A stretch of 47,030 nucleotides of DNA, taken from contig JBGPJN010000002.1 in the NCBI GenBank assembly GCA_041485445.1, forward strand, positions 1 through 47,030. The letters run 5' to 3'. Source of the DNA: Dehalococcoidia bacterium. GTDB taxonomy: Bacteria > Chloroflexota > Dehalococcoidia > Lucifugimonadales > UBA3495. Each line of letters starts with the position of its first letter. The first letter of the stretch is position 1. Position numbers and translations under genes: made by a program. Positions 27,061 through 36,213 of this stretch are shown here, in pieces. The notes beneath the pieces were generated by a model, which had not been told where the DNA came from, did no database searches, and saw only the letters and a program-made list of their open reading frames with translations.

Positions 27061-27112
27061 GGGTGCTGTTTCTCCGCGAAGAGGCAGGGTGGTGGTGGGA
27101 ACCGTTTCTGGC

Positions 27113-27204
27113 TGGCGGAGAGGGCGGGATTCGAACCCGCGAGAGACTTGTGAGCCCCTACACGATTTCCAGTCGTGCCCGTTCGACCACTCCGGCACCT
27201 CTCC
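27113..27204 (-). tRNA. tRNA-Ser (anticodon GGA), CCA encoded
   Basis: The minus strand reads GGAGAGG-TG-CCGGAGTGGTCGAACGGG-CACGA-CTGGAAA-TCGTG-long variable arm-GCGGG-TTCGAAT-CCCGC-CCTCTCC-G-CCA. This gives a 7-bp acceptor stem, a canonical T arm and a class II variable arm. Confidence 0.9.
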
Positions 27205-27280
27205 AGCAAAGCGGGGCGCGTGAACCAGCGGCTATTATAGTCAGGCGTCACTTCCCCTGTCCATGCTGCCCATCGCCGGT

Positions 27281-27470
27281 CGGGCCTTTTCATTCTCCCC
27301 GAATGCAGGGGCAGCACAATCTCCTCTTCCCTTGTGAGAGAGGATTAAGGCGAGGGGTATCGCCCTGACCCCAGCCCTCTCCCAGAGGGAGAGGGGGCGG
27401 TGGCGAGAGTTCCCCATTCGCCCTCAGGGAGAAGGGGCCAGGGGGATGAGGGCTATTTTGTTAGAAATGA
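27281..27470. repeat. Degenerate composite repeat region
   Basis: It begins with GGGCCTTTTCATTCTCCCC, which resembles the left terminus of the MITE-like family. It contains CCCTCTCCC-AGAG-GGAGAGGG and GAGAGGATTAAGGCGAGGGG units. No clear right terminus is visible. Confidence 0.4.
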
Positions 27471-27482
27471 CATCTGTCAGAA

Positions 27483-28748
27483 CTAGCCTGACGGTCTCTC
27501 CGCCTCCACCGTGTCCAGGAACTCCTGGTAGCTGCCGAACCCGGCCACCAGGTGCAGAAACTCCGCCACCGACGCGCTGTCCCGCCGCAACTCTTGAAGC
27601 TGCTGGCCGATGGGGCTGACCGACCCGCCGCTGGTGGCGTAGGAGCCGTGGAAGGCGAAGTAGGCCTGGTTGAGCTTGCGGATGTAGTAGCCTTCTGCGG
27701 CCAGCAACCGGCGCCGCTGCTCCATGTAGGCCTCGGCCTCGTCGATCTTGCCCTGGGCCAGCAGATCCTCCGTCCGCAGGCGCGTCTCCCGCATGGCGGC
27801 GTTGAAGTCAAAGCCCGCCGCATTCTCCTTTGGCACAGGAGGGTTGGCGGGAGCTTCCGGGCGGTCCACTACCTCCCCGGTAAGCGCGGTGAAGGCCCGG
27901 TCGCCGATCTCCTCACCCACCAGCGTGGCCACCGTTTCGTTGATGGTGGTCAGCTCGGGCGTGCGGTCAAAGCCCTGTCCCAGCGGGTGGAAGAACAGCC
28001 ACTGGTGGACCCACTCGTGGGCCACCGTGACCATGCCGTAGTGCAGCCCGTAGATATCTGCCACCACGCTGGGGTAGGAGGCCACGCCCCCAGTGCCTTC
28101 CACAATGGCCGACAGGCCGCGGTCCTCCAGTACCCCCGCCTCCACCAGCTCCTTGGCGCGGTCGTCCAGGTCCGGCTCCAGGAGCACTGCCCACTCCCGC
28201 TGGATGCGGTCCCGGGGGGACGCCACCAGAATGCCCGGCGAGCTGGAGAGCACCGCATCCACCGGCGGCAGCACTACCCCGGCCCGCCAGTCCAGGCCCG
28301 CTTGAGCCAGGGCGTCGCTGATGGCCCCCTCGATGGTCTCCTCCACCAGGGGCCGCAGCCGCACCCGCCGCCGGCGGATTTCGGCCAGCTCCTGCAGGGC
28401 TTGGCGGACCTGCTCCCCGCTCAGCGCGTCCGGCGGGTCGCTGGGAGGGCCTTGGCCCTGCAGGGACCGTTCCACCTCACCGGCGCGCCGGGCCAGGGAG
28501 AAGTACTCCTGCGCCCAGGCCTCCCTATCCTGATGTGAAGGGGCGGGATAGAGCCTCAGCCACCGGCCAACGGCGTGGTCCACCTGGTGGAACCACTTCT
28601 CCGGCAGGTGCTCCAGCTCCCAGGTCAGCAGGCTGTACAGGTGGGGCGCCAGGAGCAGGTCCAGGTTGGTCGGCCGGTAGCCCCCGCCGGAGGCTACCAG
28701 AAGCCAGGCCAGAAACACCCCCAAAATACCGCGGCGGAGCCAGCGCAT
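27483..28748 (-). CDS. Membrane-anchored hypothetical protein with HExxH (gluzincin-like) motif
   Basis: N-terminal anchor GILGVFLAWLLVA. VTVAHEWVHQW is followed about 25 aa later by INETVATLVGEE. I do not recognise a confident family match. Confidence 0.55.
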   Translation of the reverse strand: MRWLRRGILGVFLAWLLVASGGGYRPTNLDLLLAPHLYSLLTWELEHLPEKWFHQVDHAVGRWLRLYPAPSHQDREAWAQEYFSLARRAGEVERSLQGQGPPSDPPDALSGEQVRQALQELAEIRRRRVRLRPLVEETIEGAISDALAQAGLDWRAGVVLPPVDAVLSSSPGILVASPRDRIQREWAVLLEPDLDDRAKELVEAGVLEDRGLSAIVEGTGGVASYPSVVADIYGLHYGMVTVAHEWVHQWLFFHPLGQGFDRTPELTTINETVATLVGEEIGDRAFTALTGEVVDRPEAPANPPVPKENAAGFDFNAAMRETRLRTEDLLAQGKIDEAEAYMEQRRRLLAAEGYYIRKLNQAYFAFHGSYATSGGSVSPIGQQLQELRRDSASVAEFLHLVAGFGSYQEFLDTVEAERPSG

Positions 28749-28789
28749 GCTCTAACTATAATACGTCCGCGGGCCCGCCGGCGCGCCCC

Positions 28790-29749
28790 TCACCGCAAGG
28801 TTGGGGGCAGGGCCAGGCGACGGAGCCAGGCGCTGAGCAGGTCCACGCCGGTGACCAGGATCATGTACCAGAGCAGCAGCAGGGCCACGTCGGTGTAGTG
28901 GAAGTAGCTCAGGCTCAGGCGGAACTCCCGTCCCATGCCCCCGGCGGCCACAAAGCCCACCACCACCGTGGTGCGGATCACCACCTCCCACCGATACAGC
29001 AGGTAGGTGAGAAAGTGGGGCAGGGCCTGGGGCAGGATGCCGTACAGCAGCATCTGGGTGTTGCTGGCCCCGGCGCCCCGCAGGGCGCGGGACGGCGCGG
29101 GGTCCAGGTTCTCCACCACCTCCGCCGACAGCTTGCCCACAATGCCGAAGTTGTGCAGGGCCAGGGCCGCCGCGCCGGGCAGCACCCCCGGCGCCAGGAA
29201 GAACACGATGATCATGGCCCAGACCAGCTCGGGCACGGCCCGGGTCAGGTTATAGACCAGGCGGATGAGGTGGTGGAGCACGCGCCAGGGCCGGGACGAC
29301 GCGCCGCCCAGGCCGCCGTGGCTCACGTTGCGGGCCGCCGGCAGGAAGGTCAGCAGCACCCCAATGCCCGCCAGCCCAATGGCCAGCACGCTCATGGCCA
29401 GGGTCTGGTAGGCCAGCTTGCCGGTCTCCAGCCACCGGTCCCACTGGGTGAAGGCCGGGGGACTGGTTGCGCCCAGTCCAAGGAGCTGGCTTCCCAGGCG
29501 CCCGGCCCCCTGCCAGGTATGCGCGGCCAGCAGGTTGGGGAAGTCCCGGTCCTCGCCGAAGGCCAGGTAGGCCCAGGAGGCCGCCGCCAGGGCCAGCAGC
29601 CCCAGCAAAGAGAGCCTGGTGACGCCCACGGAGGAGAGGCGGCCGTAGATCCCGCCCCGATAGGGGCCGAGAAGGGGAGGGCGCCGGGGCCATCGGCCTC
29701 GCCCTGGTCCAGCCACCGCGGGCGGAGGGGATTCTCCCCGCGCCTCCAT
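28790..29749 (-). CDS. phnE: Phosphonate ABC transporter permease
   Basis: PhnE-type motifs ALRGAGASNTQMLLYGILPQALP and YRWEVVIRTTVVVGFVAAGG. ATG 29749 shares one base with the upstream stop (TGATG). Confidence 0.85.
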   Translation of the reverse strand: MEARGESPPPAVAGPGRGRWPRRPPLLGPYRGGIYGRLSSVGVTRLSLLGLLALAAASWAYLAFGEDRDFPNLLAAHTWQGAGRLGSQLLGLGATSPPAFTQWDRWLETGKLAYQTLAMSVLAIGLAGIGVLLTFLPAARNVSHGGLGGASSRPWRVLHHLIRLVYNLTRAVPELVWAMIIVFFLAPGVLPGAAALALHNFGIVGKLSAEVVENLDPAPSRALRGAGASNTQMLLYGILPQALPHFLTYLLYRWEVVIRTTVVVGFVAAGGMGREFRLSLSYFHYTDVALLLLWYMILVTGVDLLSAWLRRLALPPTLR

Positions 29750-30459
29750 CAGGACGCCAGCTTCCGGCGCACCAGGGAGCTCCACTGGTCCACCAGCACC
29801 ACCAGCGCCAGCATGAACAGCAGTAGCGTCCACACCTGGCGAAACAGCAGGTCCTGCAGGGACAGCTGGATCTGGTACCCCAGGCCCTGAATCCCCACGA
29901 AGCTCATGATGGCCGCCGACCGGATGGCGCATTCAAAGCGATAAAAAGTGTAGCCCACCATGTCTGGCAGGGCCAGGGGAAGGCGCCCGTAGAGCAACTG
30001 CCGCACCGGGGACGCCCCGGCGGTGCGCAGCGCCCGCAGCGGCTCGGCGGGCACGTCGTGGAGCAGCTCGGAGTAGATGCGGCCCAGGATGCCCCCGTAG
30101 GGGATGCCCAGGGCCAGCACCGCCGCCAGGGGCGAGAGGCCAAAGGCCGCCACGAAGAGCACCGCCCACACCAGCTCGTGAATGGCCCGCAGCCCGCCCA
30201 GGGAGAACCGGGACGCCAGCGCCACCGGCCACCGCAGGCGCGGCGTGGCGATCACCGTGCCCGAGGCCAGAATGCCCAGGGGCACGCCAATTAGCACGGC
30301 CACAGTCATGCCCGCCACGGCGTAGGCCAGGGTTGGCCAGGTGGCGGCCAGGCTCACGGCCAGAAACTCGGCGGACAGGTCCGGCGGGAAGAGGGCCAGG
30401 AGGAAGCGCCAGGCGGCCGCGCCACCGCCGCCATGTACCAGGGAGCCGCCCCAGTCCAC
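29749..30459 (-). CDS. phnE: Phosphonate ABC transporter permease
   Basis: ALRTAGASPVRQLLYGRLPLALP and YRFECAIRSAAIMSFVG. The track start GTG 30459 may be too short. The frame is open upstream and encodes a further hydrophobic segment (GLLTLLLAGAFLWSL), so the true start is unresolved. Confidence 0.8.
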   Translation of the reverse strand: MDWGGSLVHGGGGAAAWRFLLALFPPDLSAEFLAVSLAATWPTLAYAVAGMTVAVLIGVPLGILASGTVIATPRLRWPVALASRFSLGGLRAIHELVWAVLFVAAFGLSPLAAVLALGIPYGGILGRIYSELLHDVPAEPLRALRTAGASPVRQLLYGRLPLALPDMVGYTFYRFECAIRSAAIMSFVGIQGLGYQIQLSLQDLLFRQVWTLLLFMLALVVLVDQWSSLVRRKLAS

Positions 30460-30535
30460 GCTGGTCAGGCTCCAGAGGAAGGCCCCCGCCAGGAGCAGGG
30501 TGAGCAGGCCGCGGCTATCCGAGAGTTTCAGCGCC

Positions 30536-31348
30536 TCACTCCTTCCGGTTGGGGCCAGGGAGAGGGCGGCGGCGGTCCAGGTCGTAAAGACGGTCCAGCA
30601 CCGCCTCGGTCAGCTCGGCGGCGGGCAGATCGAACTGCATCTGGCCGTGGCGCAGCCCGATGACCCGGGTGCAGTACTTCCTGATGAGGTAGGGCGAGTG
30701 CAGGCTGGCGATGAGGGTCTTTCCGGAGCCTTCCACCAGGCCCGCCAGCAGCCGCATCATCTCCTCCGCCAGGGCGGGGTCCAGGGAGGACACCGGCTCG
30801 TCGGCCAGGATGATGCGCGGCGACTGCACCATGAGCCGGGCGATGGCCACCCGCTGCTGCTCGCCCCCGGAGAGGCGGGAGGTGCGCTGGTTTATCTTGT
30901 CGGCCATGCCCAACCGGGCCAGGGCCTCCTCCGCCAAGTGGCGCTCCCGGGGCCAGATGAGGGATAGGATCGAAGCCCCCAGGCTCCACTGGCCCAGCCG
31001 TCCGGCCAGCACGTTGTGCAGCACCGGCAGGGAGGCGACCAGGTCGTACTGCTGGTGCACCATCCCCACCAGCCGGGCCAGCTCCCGGCCGGGCCGCAGC
31101 TCCGCCAGGTCCCGCCCCTCGATGAGCAACTTGCCGGCGTCGGGTTGCAGCAGGCCCGCCAGCAGGTGCAGCAAGGTGGTCTTGCCGCTGCCGCTGGGCC
31201 CGGCCAGGGCCAACCGCTCCCCAGGGCGCACGCTGAAGCTCAGCGACGCCAGCGCCTGCACTCCCGGGTAGCCCTTGGCCACGTCCTTGACCGCCACGTG
31301 GGTGGCGGCGGGCGCAGTGACCACTGACCTGTGAGCGGAAACAGCCAT
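30536..31348 (-). CDS. phnC: Phosphonate ABC transporter ATP-binding protein
   Basis: Walker A GPSGSGKTT, signature LSGGEQQRVAIAR, Walker B ILADEPVSSLD. Confidence 0.9.
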   Translation of the reverse strand: MAVSAHRSVVTAPAATHVAVKDVAKGYPGVQALASLSFSVRPGERLALAGPSGSGKTTLLHLLAGLLQPDAGKLLIEGRDLAELRPGRELARLVGMVHQQYDLVASLPVLHNVLAGRLGQWSLGASILSLIWPRERHLAEEALARLGMADKINQRTSRLSGGEQQRVAIARLMVQSPRIILADEPVSSLDPALAEEMMRLLAGLVEGSGKTLIASLHSPYLIRKYCTRVIGLRHGQMQFDLPAAELTEAVLDRLYDLDRRRPLPGPNRKE

Positions 31349-31354
31349 CTACCG

Positions 31355-32290
31355 CTACTTGATGATGCCCAGGGTGCGGGCGATCTGCTCAATGGGCGCG
31401 TAGTTGGTGTTGCTGGTCTCGATGAACCGCTGGGTGGCGAACAGTTCCAGAATCTCCTTGTTCTCCTGCATGTTCAGCTTCAGCAGCGCCTGCTTGGCCT
31501 TGTTGGTGAAGCCGGCGCCGTAGGTCTGGTCCAGGTCGGCTCGGGCCGTCCAGTGGTAGTCCACGTACTCGGGTGTGGTGTAGAACTCCCGGACCTTGGC
31601 CGGGTCAATCTTGCCCTCCTTGACCGCCTTCAGCCACACGTCCTCGTTCAGCGCCCCCACGTCAAAGGAGCCGCTCTGCACCAGCTGCCAGGTCAGGTCG
31701 TGGGAGCCGGAGAAGTTGGGCACCGTCTTGAAGGCCGTGGCGGGGTCTATGCCGGCCTGGACCAGGAAGTAACGGGGCATCAGGTGGCCCGAGGTGGAGC
31801 TCTCGCTGCCGAAGGTGATGGTCAGGGTCTTGGCCTGGGCCTTCAGGTCGTCCAGAGAGTTGACCGGAAGCGAGCTGCGCACGATGAACCTGGAGTGGAA
31901 CTTGGCGTCGTTCTCCCGCTGGGCGATGGCCTGGGCGCCGGGGTTCTGCAGCCGGGCCTGGACTCCGGTAAGTCCGCCGAAGAAGGCCAGTTGGATGCTT
32001 CCTTGAGTGAAGGCAGTGACCACCGCAGCGTAGTCCACCACAGGGACATACTCCACCCGAACACCCAGCTCTTTGGACATATAGGCGGCAAAGCTGTCGT
32101 AGCGGCGGGCCAGGGTGGCCGCGTTCTGGTCGGGGATGCCGCCGATCTTGAGCACCGGCGGCACTGGGGTTGGTGCCGGTGCGGCGGGGTTGGAGCCGGC
32201 GGAGGGCCCGCAGGCCACCATGCCTGCCGCCAAAATCAACACCGGGAATACCGCCAGGAAAAACCTGCTTACACTAAACCCGCGAACCAT
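31355..32290 (-). CDS. phnD: Phosphonate/phosphite ABC transporter substrate-binding protein
   Basis: Lipoprotein-like signal (LILAAGMVACG) and the PhnD-family region LKIGGIPDQNA...YVPVVDYAAVVTAF..G.IQLAFFGG. Confidence 0.87.
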   Translation of the reverse strand: MVRGFSVSRFFLAVFPVLILAAGMVACGPSAGSNPAAPAPTPVPPVLKIGGIPDQNAATLARRYDSFAAYMSKELGVRVEYVPVVDYAAVVTAFTQGSIQLAFFGGLTGVQARLQNPGAQAIAQRENDAKFHSRFIVRSSLPVNSLDDLKAQAKTLTITFGSESSTSGHLMPRYFLVQAGIDPATAFKTVPNFSGSHDLTWQLVQSGSFDVGALNEDVWLKAVKEGKIDPAKVREFYTTPEYVDYHWTARADLDQTYGAGFTNKAKQALLKLNMQENKEILELFATQRFIETSNTNYAPIEQIARTLGIIK

Positions 32291-32544
32291 TCAGAACCCC
32301 TCCTGCGAAACACATTGTCTGGGCCGGCCCAAAGGGGAATGCAGACAATCAGATGCGGCAGTCCAGCAGCATGCCTGAGGGCCAGAACGCAGGAGGACCA
32401 GGGGTGGCAAAGGGTCAGGGAGCTAAGGGGTAACGCCGCCGTGGGACCGCCAGCCTGTCCAGGCCCCGCAGGCGGGACCTCAAGTGAAGCCGGCGGCCAG
32501 CCGCCGGGGACGGCGCAAAGTCACGGCATGTGGCATATTCACGC

Positions 32545-32573
32545 AGTTTAATAACAGGTATATAGTTTGTCAA
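32545..32573 (-). promoter_or_regulatory. Promoter candidate for phnDCEE
   Basis: The minus strand reads TTGACA-17 nt-TAAACT. This implies a leader of about 250 nt. Confidence 0.45.
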
Positions 32574-32594
32574 CATGCACGCTTGTGGTGGTTC

Positions 32595-32727
32595 CAGGGC
32601 TGCTTCATTTTCCACGAGGGTAGGGGCAGACCTATGGAGCCTGCCCTTCGGCCGAAGGGTCCGGCCAGGTCGCATCCCGACACAGTCGGGACGCCCCTAC
32701 GGGCAGGCCGAGAATGAAACAACCCTG
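32595..32727. repeat. MITE-like palindromic element, copy C
   Basis: Termini are CAGGGCTGCTTCATTTTC and GAGAATGAAACAACCCTG. The interior carries GGGGCAGACC, CCCGAC-ACA-GTCGGG and CCCCTACGGGCAGGCC modules shared with copies A, B and D. Confidence 0.7.
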
Positions 32728-32824
32728 TGGTAGTTCCACGGCTATTCGATTATCCGGCTGACGTTGGTCGAGCAGGCGTCCCGACACGGTCTGGACGCCG
32801 TATCCAGACCGCGCCCGTGTCTCC

Positions 32825-35251
32825 TCACTGCCGGTCCTTGGGCGAAGCCGCCGCCACCGATGCCGCGACGCGGACCGCATCGAACAGCGCCCCTTCACTG
32901 AGCTTGCCAGCCTCAACCCCGGGACCTGACAGCCATCCGAAGGCGGTATCGGCAATCTGTTCGCCCAGCTTCCGGTACGCCTCGAACTGGGCTTCGTCGA
33001 AAAACTGGTCCATGGTGAGGTGATTGGGAAAGGCAGGCTCCCGACGGTGGTAGGCTTCCAGGTCCGGCGCGGTGTCTTTGGCGGTGAGCACCGCCTTGAT
33101 GTAAACCAGGACGCCGCACAGGCCCTCCTTCGCCATCGTACCGCCGGCAGCTTTGGCCGCTGGGTATTGGATCTTGCCTGCCACAAAGCCGGAAGCTGGA
33201 CGGGTCTCCCCTTCACCGGCCAGCAGCGGCGTCAGATCAATCTGGATATCCACACCAAAGTCAACCCGCACCAGGTGGCATACCTCGCCCAGTGTGCTGA
33301 ACTGGGGGTCTTGGCCGGCAGGCTCGCCGGAGCCGTCCACCGCAATGATATACCGGCAGCCCCGCCGGACCAGCTCATAAATCCCCAGGGTTTCGAAGTG
33401 CCCCCCGTCGCTCAGGTAGATAAAGGGGTCCTGGGGCCGGGCCACGGCGAACAGCTCCCGCAGGTAGTAGAGCCAGAGGGCGTACCGGTCCGGCGCCATC
33501 CGGCGGCGCAGACTCCGCGACGCCGGTTCGTAGAGCCGCGGATTGGGGAACCATTGACCCAACCGGACATTGAGCAGGGTCAAGAGGATGGACGTGGATG
33601 GGTTGGTGTAGGAGCCCATGTTGGGGCTGACCGCCGCCCCGGAGATGGACATGGCGGCGCCCAGGGTCAGCCAGGGATACGCCTCGGTCCGCACAAAGCC
33701 GGTGTCCACAGAGCCGGAGTACAGACAGGACAGACCGAAGGAGGCCGCCTTGCGCTGCAGACCGCGGCCCTGGACGGCGCCGTCGTCGCTGCTGCCCATC
33801 ATGTTGAGACAGGTGGTGACGATATGGTAGGGCCCAACGGGAGTCCGGTCCTGGGCGGGAAGGCTCTCCGAGGCGTCGAACCTCCTGGCCATCTCCCCCA
33901 GTCTCCGCCGCAGCCGCCGCATCCCCGGCAGCCTGGCGCCGGCGCCGCGGGGGGTGTCCGCCTGCAGGCGCGCCAGCGGGAAGTCGGCCCCGGCGCCCAG
34001 GTCCGCGTTGGCGCCGGGCGTCCGCATAATGTAAGCCTGGCCCAGGCGGTGCCGGTAGATGGAGTGCAGCGACACCCAGTTCATCAACCGCACCATTGAC
34101 TGGGACGACCTATGCGCCTCGGCCAAGACGACCGCCACGCCAGCCAGCGCCAGCAGCGCCAGCACGATGGACGTATCCCGGGGGCTGAGGTAGTCCAGCC
34201 CGACAAAACCCAGGGCGATGCCGGCGCCCAGGACCAAGTAGCCACCCACCTTGAAAGGGACCTGGAGGGCCCGGTCCACCCAGCGGACCCTGGCCGAAGC
34301 CCCGCTGCGCCCGCGCTCCACCTCCCCCAGGCTGGTGAATGCCCAGCGGGACAAGGCCAACACCCCGGCTAGTCCACCGCCAAAGCCCATGGCCAGGGAC
34401 TGGAAGGCCAGGTGGGACAGGTACACCGCCGACACAAATCCAGCCCACAGGGCACCCACTGCCACGCCGCCAATGAGCCACGACTGCGCGGTGTGGACCC
34501 AGCCGGACGAATGGGTGGAACGCCAGAAAACCACCAACACCACGGAGATCAACAGCGCCGACCCGGCGAGCCCGGCCGCCGGCCACACCACCCAGGGCGT
34601 GGTTAAAGGATGCGCCCGGTTCCAGACCTCGCCCGGAATGAGGGTCAGGGCCACCAGCACCAGGACGAAGGGCATTGTTACCAGGGCCAGATTTATGACC
34701 ATCCGGACCGCCACGTCCAGCACCGTCTGCCAGGTGAGGGGATCGAGGGGCCCGAACCGCGGCGCTAGGTAGTTGCTGTGCCGCCGTAGGTGCCGCACCG
34801 GGCGCGGCTCCGGCCAGCGGCTGCCCAAGAGGAACCCGTCCTTGGACAGAGGGTGCGGCGCCGTGCTGCCGGCGGGGTCGGTCCGGAGCCCCGCGGGGGA
34901 CCGGTGATGCAGCAAGGAGCTGATGGCCGAGCCAAGGTAGCCGCCCCCAGATACGGTGGAGAGATAGTCCACTCGCTCCAGCACGCCGTGCTTGGCCAGG
35001 GATTGGCAGACCCCCAGGGAGAGAGTCGCCGAGCGGATGCCCCCGCCGGAGAGCGCCAGCCCCACGAATTCGTTGGCGGGGTCCGGCCACTGGGGATTCT
35101 TGATGGGATGGCCGTCCCCGGCCGCCTGATCACGCCACTTGGGAGTGCGGGCTACCCACTGCTTGATCTCCTGCCGGAACACCTCGTGGAACTGGTCTCC
35201 ACTGATGTAGGTGCCAGGGCTGCCCGAGCCGGAGGTCGGGACTGAATTCAT
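32825..35251 (-). CDS. Patatin-like phospholipase with an internal polytopic membrane insertion
   Basis: Oxyanion block LSGGGIRS, nucleophile block STVSGGGYLG, then about 6 hydrophobic helices (roughly aa 180-400), then SGAAVSP and the catalytic Asp block YLSDGGHFETLG. AGGAGG lies 9 nt before the ATG. Confidence 0.8.
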   Translation of the reverse strand: MNSVPTSGSGSPGTYISGDQFHEVFRQEIKQWVARTPKWRDQAAGDGHPIKNPQWPDPANEFVGLALSGGGIRSATLSLGVCQSLAKHGVLERVDYLSTVSGGGYLGSAISSLLHHRSPAGLRTDPAGSTAPHPLSKDGFLLGSRWPEPRPVRHLRRHSNYLAPRFGPLDPLTWQTVLDVAVRMVINLALVTMPFVLVLVALTLIPGEVWNRAHPLTTPWVVWPAAGLAGSALLISVVLVVFWRSTHSSGWVHTAQSWLIGGVAVGALWAGFVSAVYLSHLAFQSLAMGFGGGLAGVLALSRWAFTSLGEVERGRSGASARVRWVDRALQVPFKVGGYLVLGAGIALGFVGLDYLSPRDTSIVLALLALAGVAVVLAEAHRSSQSMVRLMNWVSLHSIYRHRLGQAYIMRTPGANADLGAGADFPLARLQADTPRGAGARLPGMRRLRRRLGEMARRFDASESLPAQDRTPVGPYHIVTTCLNMMGSSDDGAVQGRGLQRKAASFGLSCLYSGSVDTGFVRTEAYPWLTLGAAMSISGAAVSPNMGSYTNPSTSILLTLLNVRLGQWFPNPRLYEPASRSLRRRMAPDRYALWLYYLRELFAVARPQDPFIYLSDGGHFETLGIYELVRRGCRYIIAVDGSGEPAGQDPQFSTLGEVCHLVRVDFGVDIQIDLTPLLAGEGETRPASGFVAGKIQYPAAKAAGGTMAKEGLCGVLVYIKAVLTAKDTAPDLEAYHRREPAFPNHLTMDQFFDEAQFEAYRKLGEQIADTAFGWLSGPGVEAGKLSEGALFDAVRVAASVAAASPKDRQ

Positions 35252-35437
35252 ACAAGCGGCCTCCTGCCGGCCAATCAGGGCGCCCTGGAACGTCTGACCA
35301 GATTAGTGCCCTCGGCTCCACGGCGCTATAGAACTGGGGTCACGGTGGGTCTCCCCGTGGCGGCCCCCGCCGCGGGGGCGGGACATCGCGATGTGGAACA
35401 TATAGACCCTTGCATAATATCTTGAACCGTGGCGGAC

Positions 35438-35483
35438 GAAATCCCCCCAACCCCCCTTTGCGAAAGGGGGGCAAGGGTGGAGG
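35438..35483. repeat. C6/G6 nested palindrome unit
   Basis: GAAATCCCCCC-AA-CCCCCC-TTTGCGAAA-GGGGGG-CAAGGGTGGAGG, with a perfect inner stem at 35451-35471. Confidence 0.6.
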
Positions 35484-35543
35484 CCCGCCGCAAGCCCCTT
35501 CCAACCGGATTAGCTACTTATACCAGAGTCGTTAGCAGGCGGG

Positions 35544-36194
35544 TCAGGCCACCGGGCTGGGGCGGGACTGACCGGCCCGGCGCCACAGGGCGCATCCCAG
35601 CCAGACCAGCCCGGACCCAAACACCACTGCGCCGATCACCCGGACCACCCACGGCACTGGGCCCACGGGGTGCACCGGCACACTGAACAGCACGATGCCG
35701 GCCATCAACAGCGCCAGTCCCCAGCGGGGCAGGGCGCCGGCCCGCAGCGCCATCGCGCCGAAGAGCAGGTAGCCCAACACCATGAAGATGTAGGGGGCCA
35801 TGGTGACCCCGGAGGTGAGAGGGTGGTTGAACATGGGCCCCCCAGGCTCCACAAAGCTGGGGTCGTGCCCAGCGATGACCGGCCAGATGTAGGCGGTGAT
35901 CAATCCGGTGCCCACGAACATGGCCGTGCCGATGAAGGCCAGCACGAAGCCCGTCAGTCCCAGCCAGCCCGTGGCTTCACGCTGGGAGGAGTACAGGCCC
36001 CCCAAGCCCAGCAGAGTGAATAGCGCACCCAGGAAGTGGAAGCTGTGGGCGGCCACCCACACCGGCCTCACGGCCACCGGGCCTTCCAGCTGGTCAAAGG
36101 GGTGCAGCAGCATGAAGATGGCGAAAAATACGCCCCCCAGCGCCAGGGCCACGCCGCTCCACCGGACTACGGTGGTCTGCGAAACACTCTTCAA
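35544..36194 (-). CDS. Hypothetical integral membrane protein (about 6 TM)
   Basis: 216-aa hydrophobic ORF with a TTG start and GGAGG 8 nt upstream. It lies 19 nt after the dioxygenase stop. No family recognised. Confidence 0.55.
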   Translation of the reverse strand: MKSVSQTTVVRWSGVALALGGVFFAIFMLLHPFDQLEGPVAVRPVWVAAHSFHFLGALFTLLGLGGLYSSQREATGWLGLTGFVLAFIGTAMFVGTGLITAYIWPVIAGHDPSFVEPGGPMFNHPLTSGVTMAPYIFMVLGYLLFGAMALRAGALPRWGLALLMAGIVLFSVPVHPVGPVPWVVRVIGAVVFGSGLVWLGCALWRRAGQSRPSPVA

Positions 36195-36213
36195 CGTGAT
36201 GGCCTCCCGCGCC

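Noticed and set aside
27061-27198. Upstream part of track ORF 26608-27198
   Set aside because: It is the reverse-strand reading of the tRNA-Ser gene (27113-27204). The real DUF1801 CDS must start downstream of the tRNA.
32825-35251. Patatin gene as a CBASS-type or other anti-phage effector
   Set aside because: No cyclase, sensor or other defence partner is adjacent. Its neighbours are metabolic and redox enzymes and a phosphonate transporter, so a defence call is unsupported.
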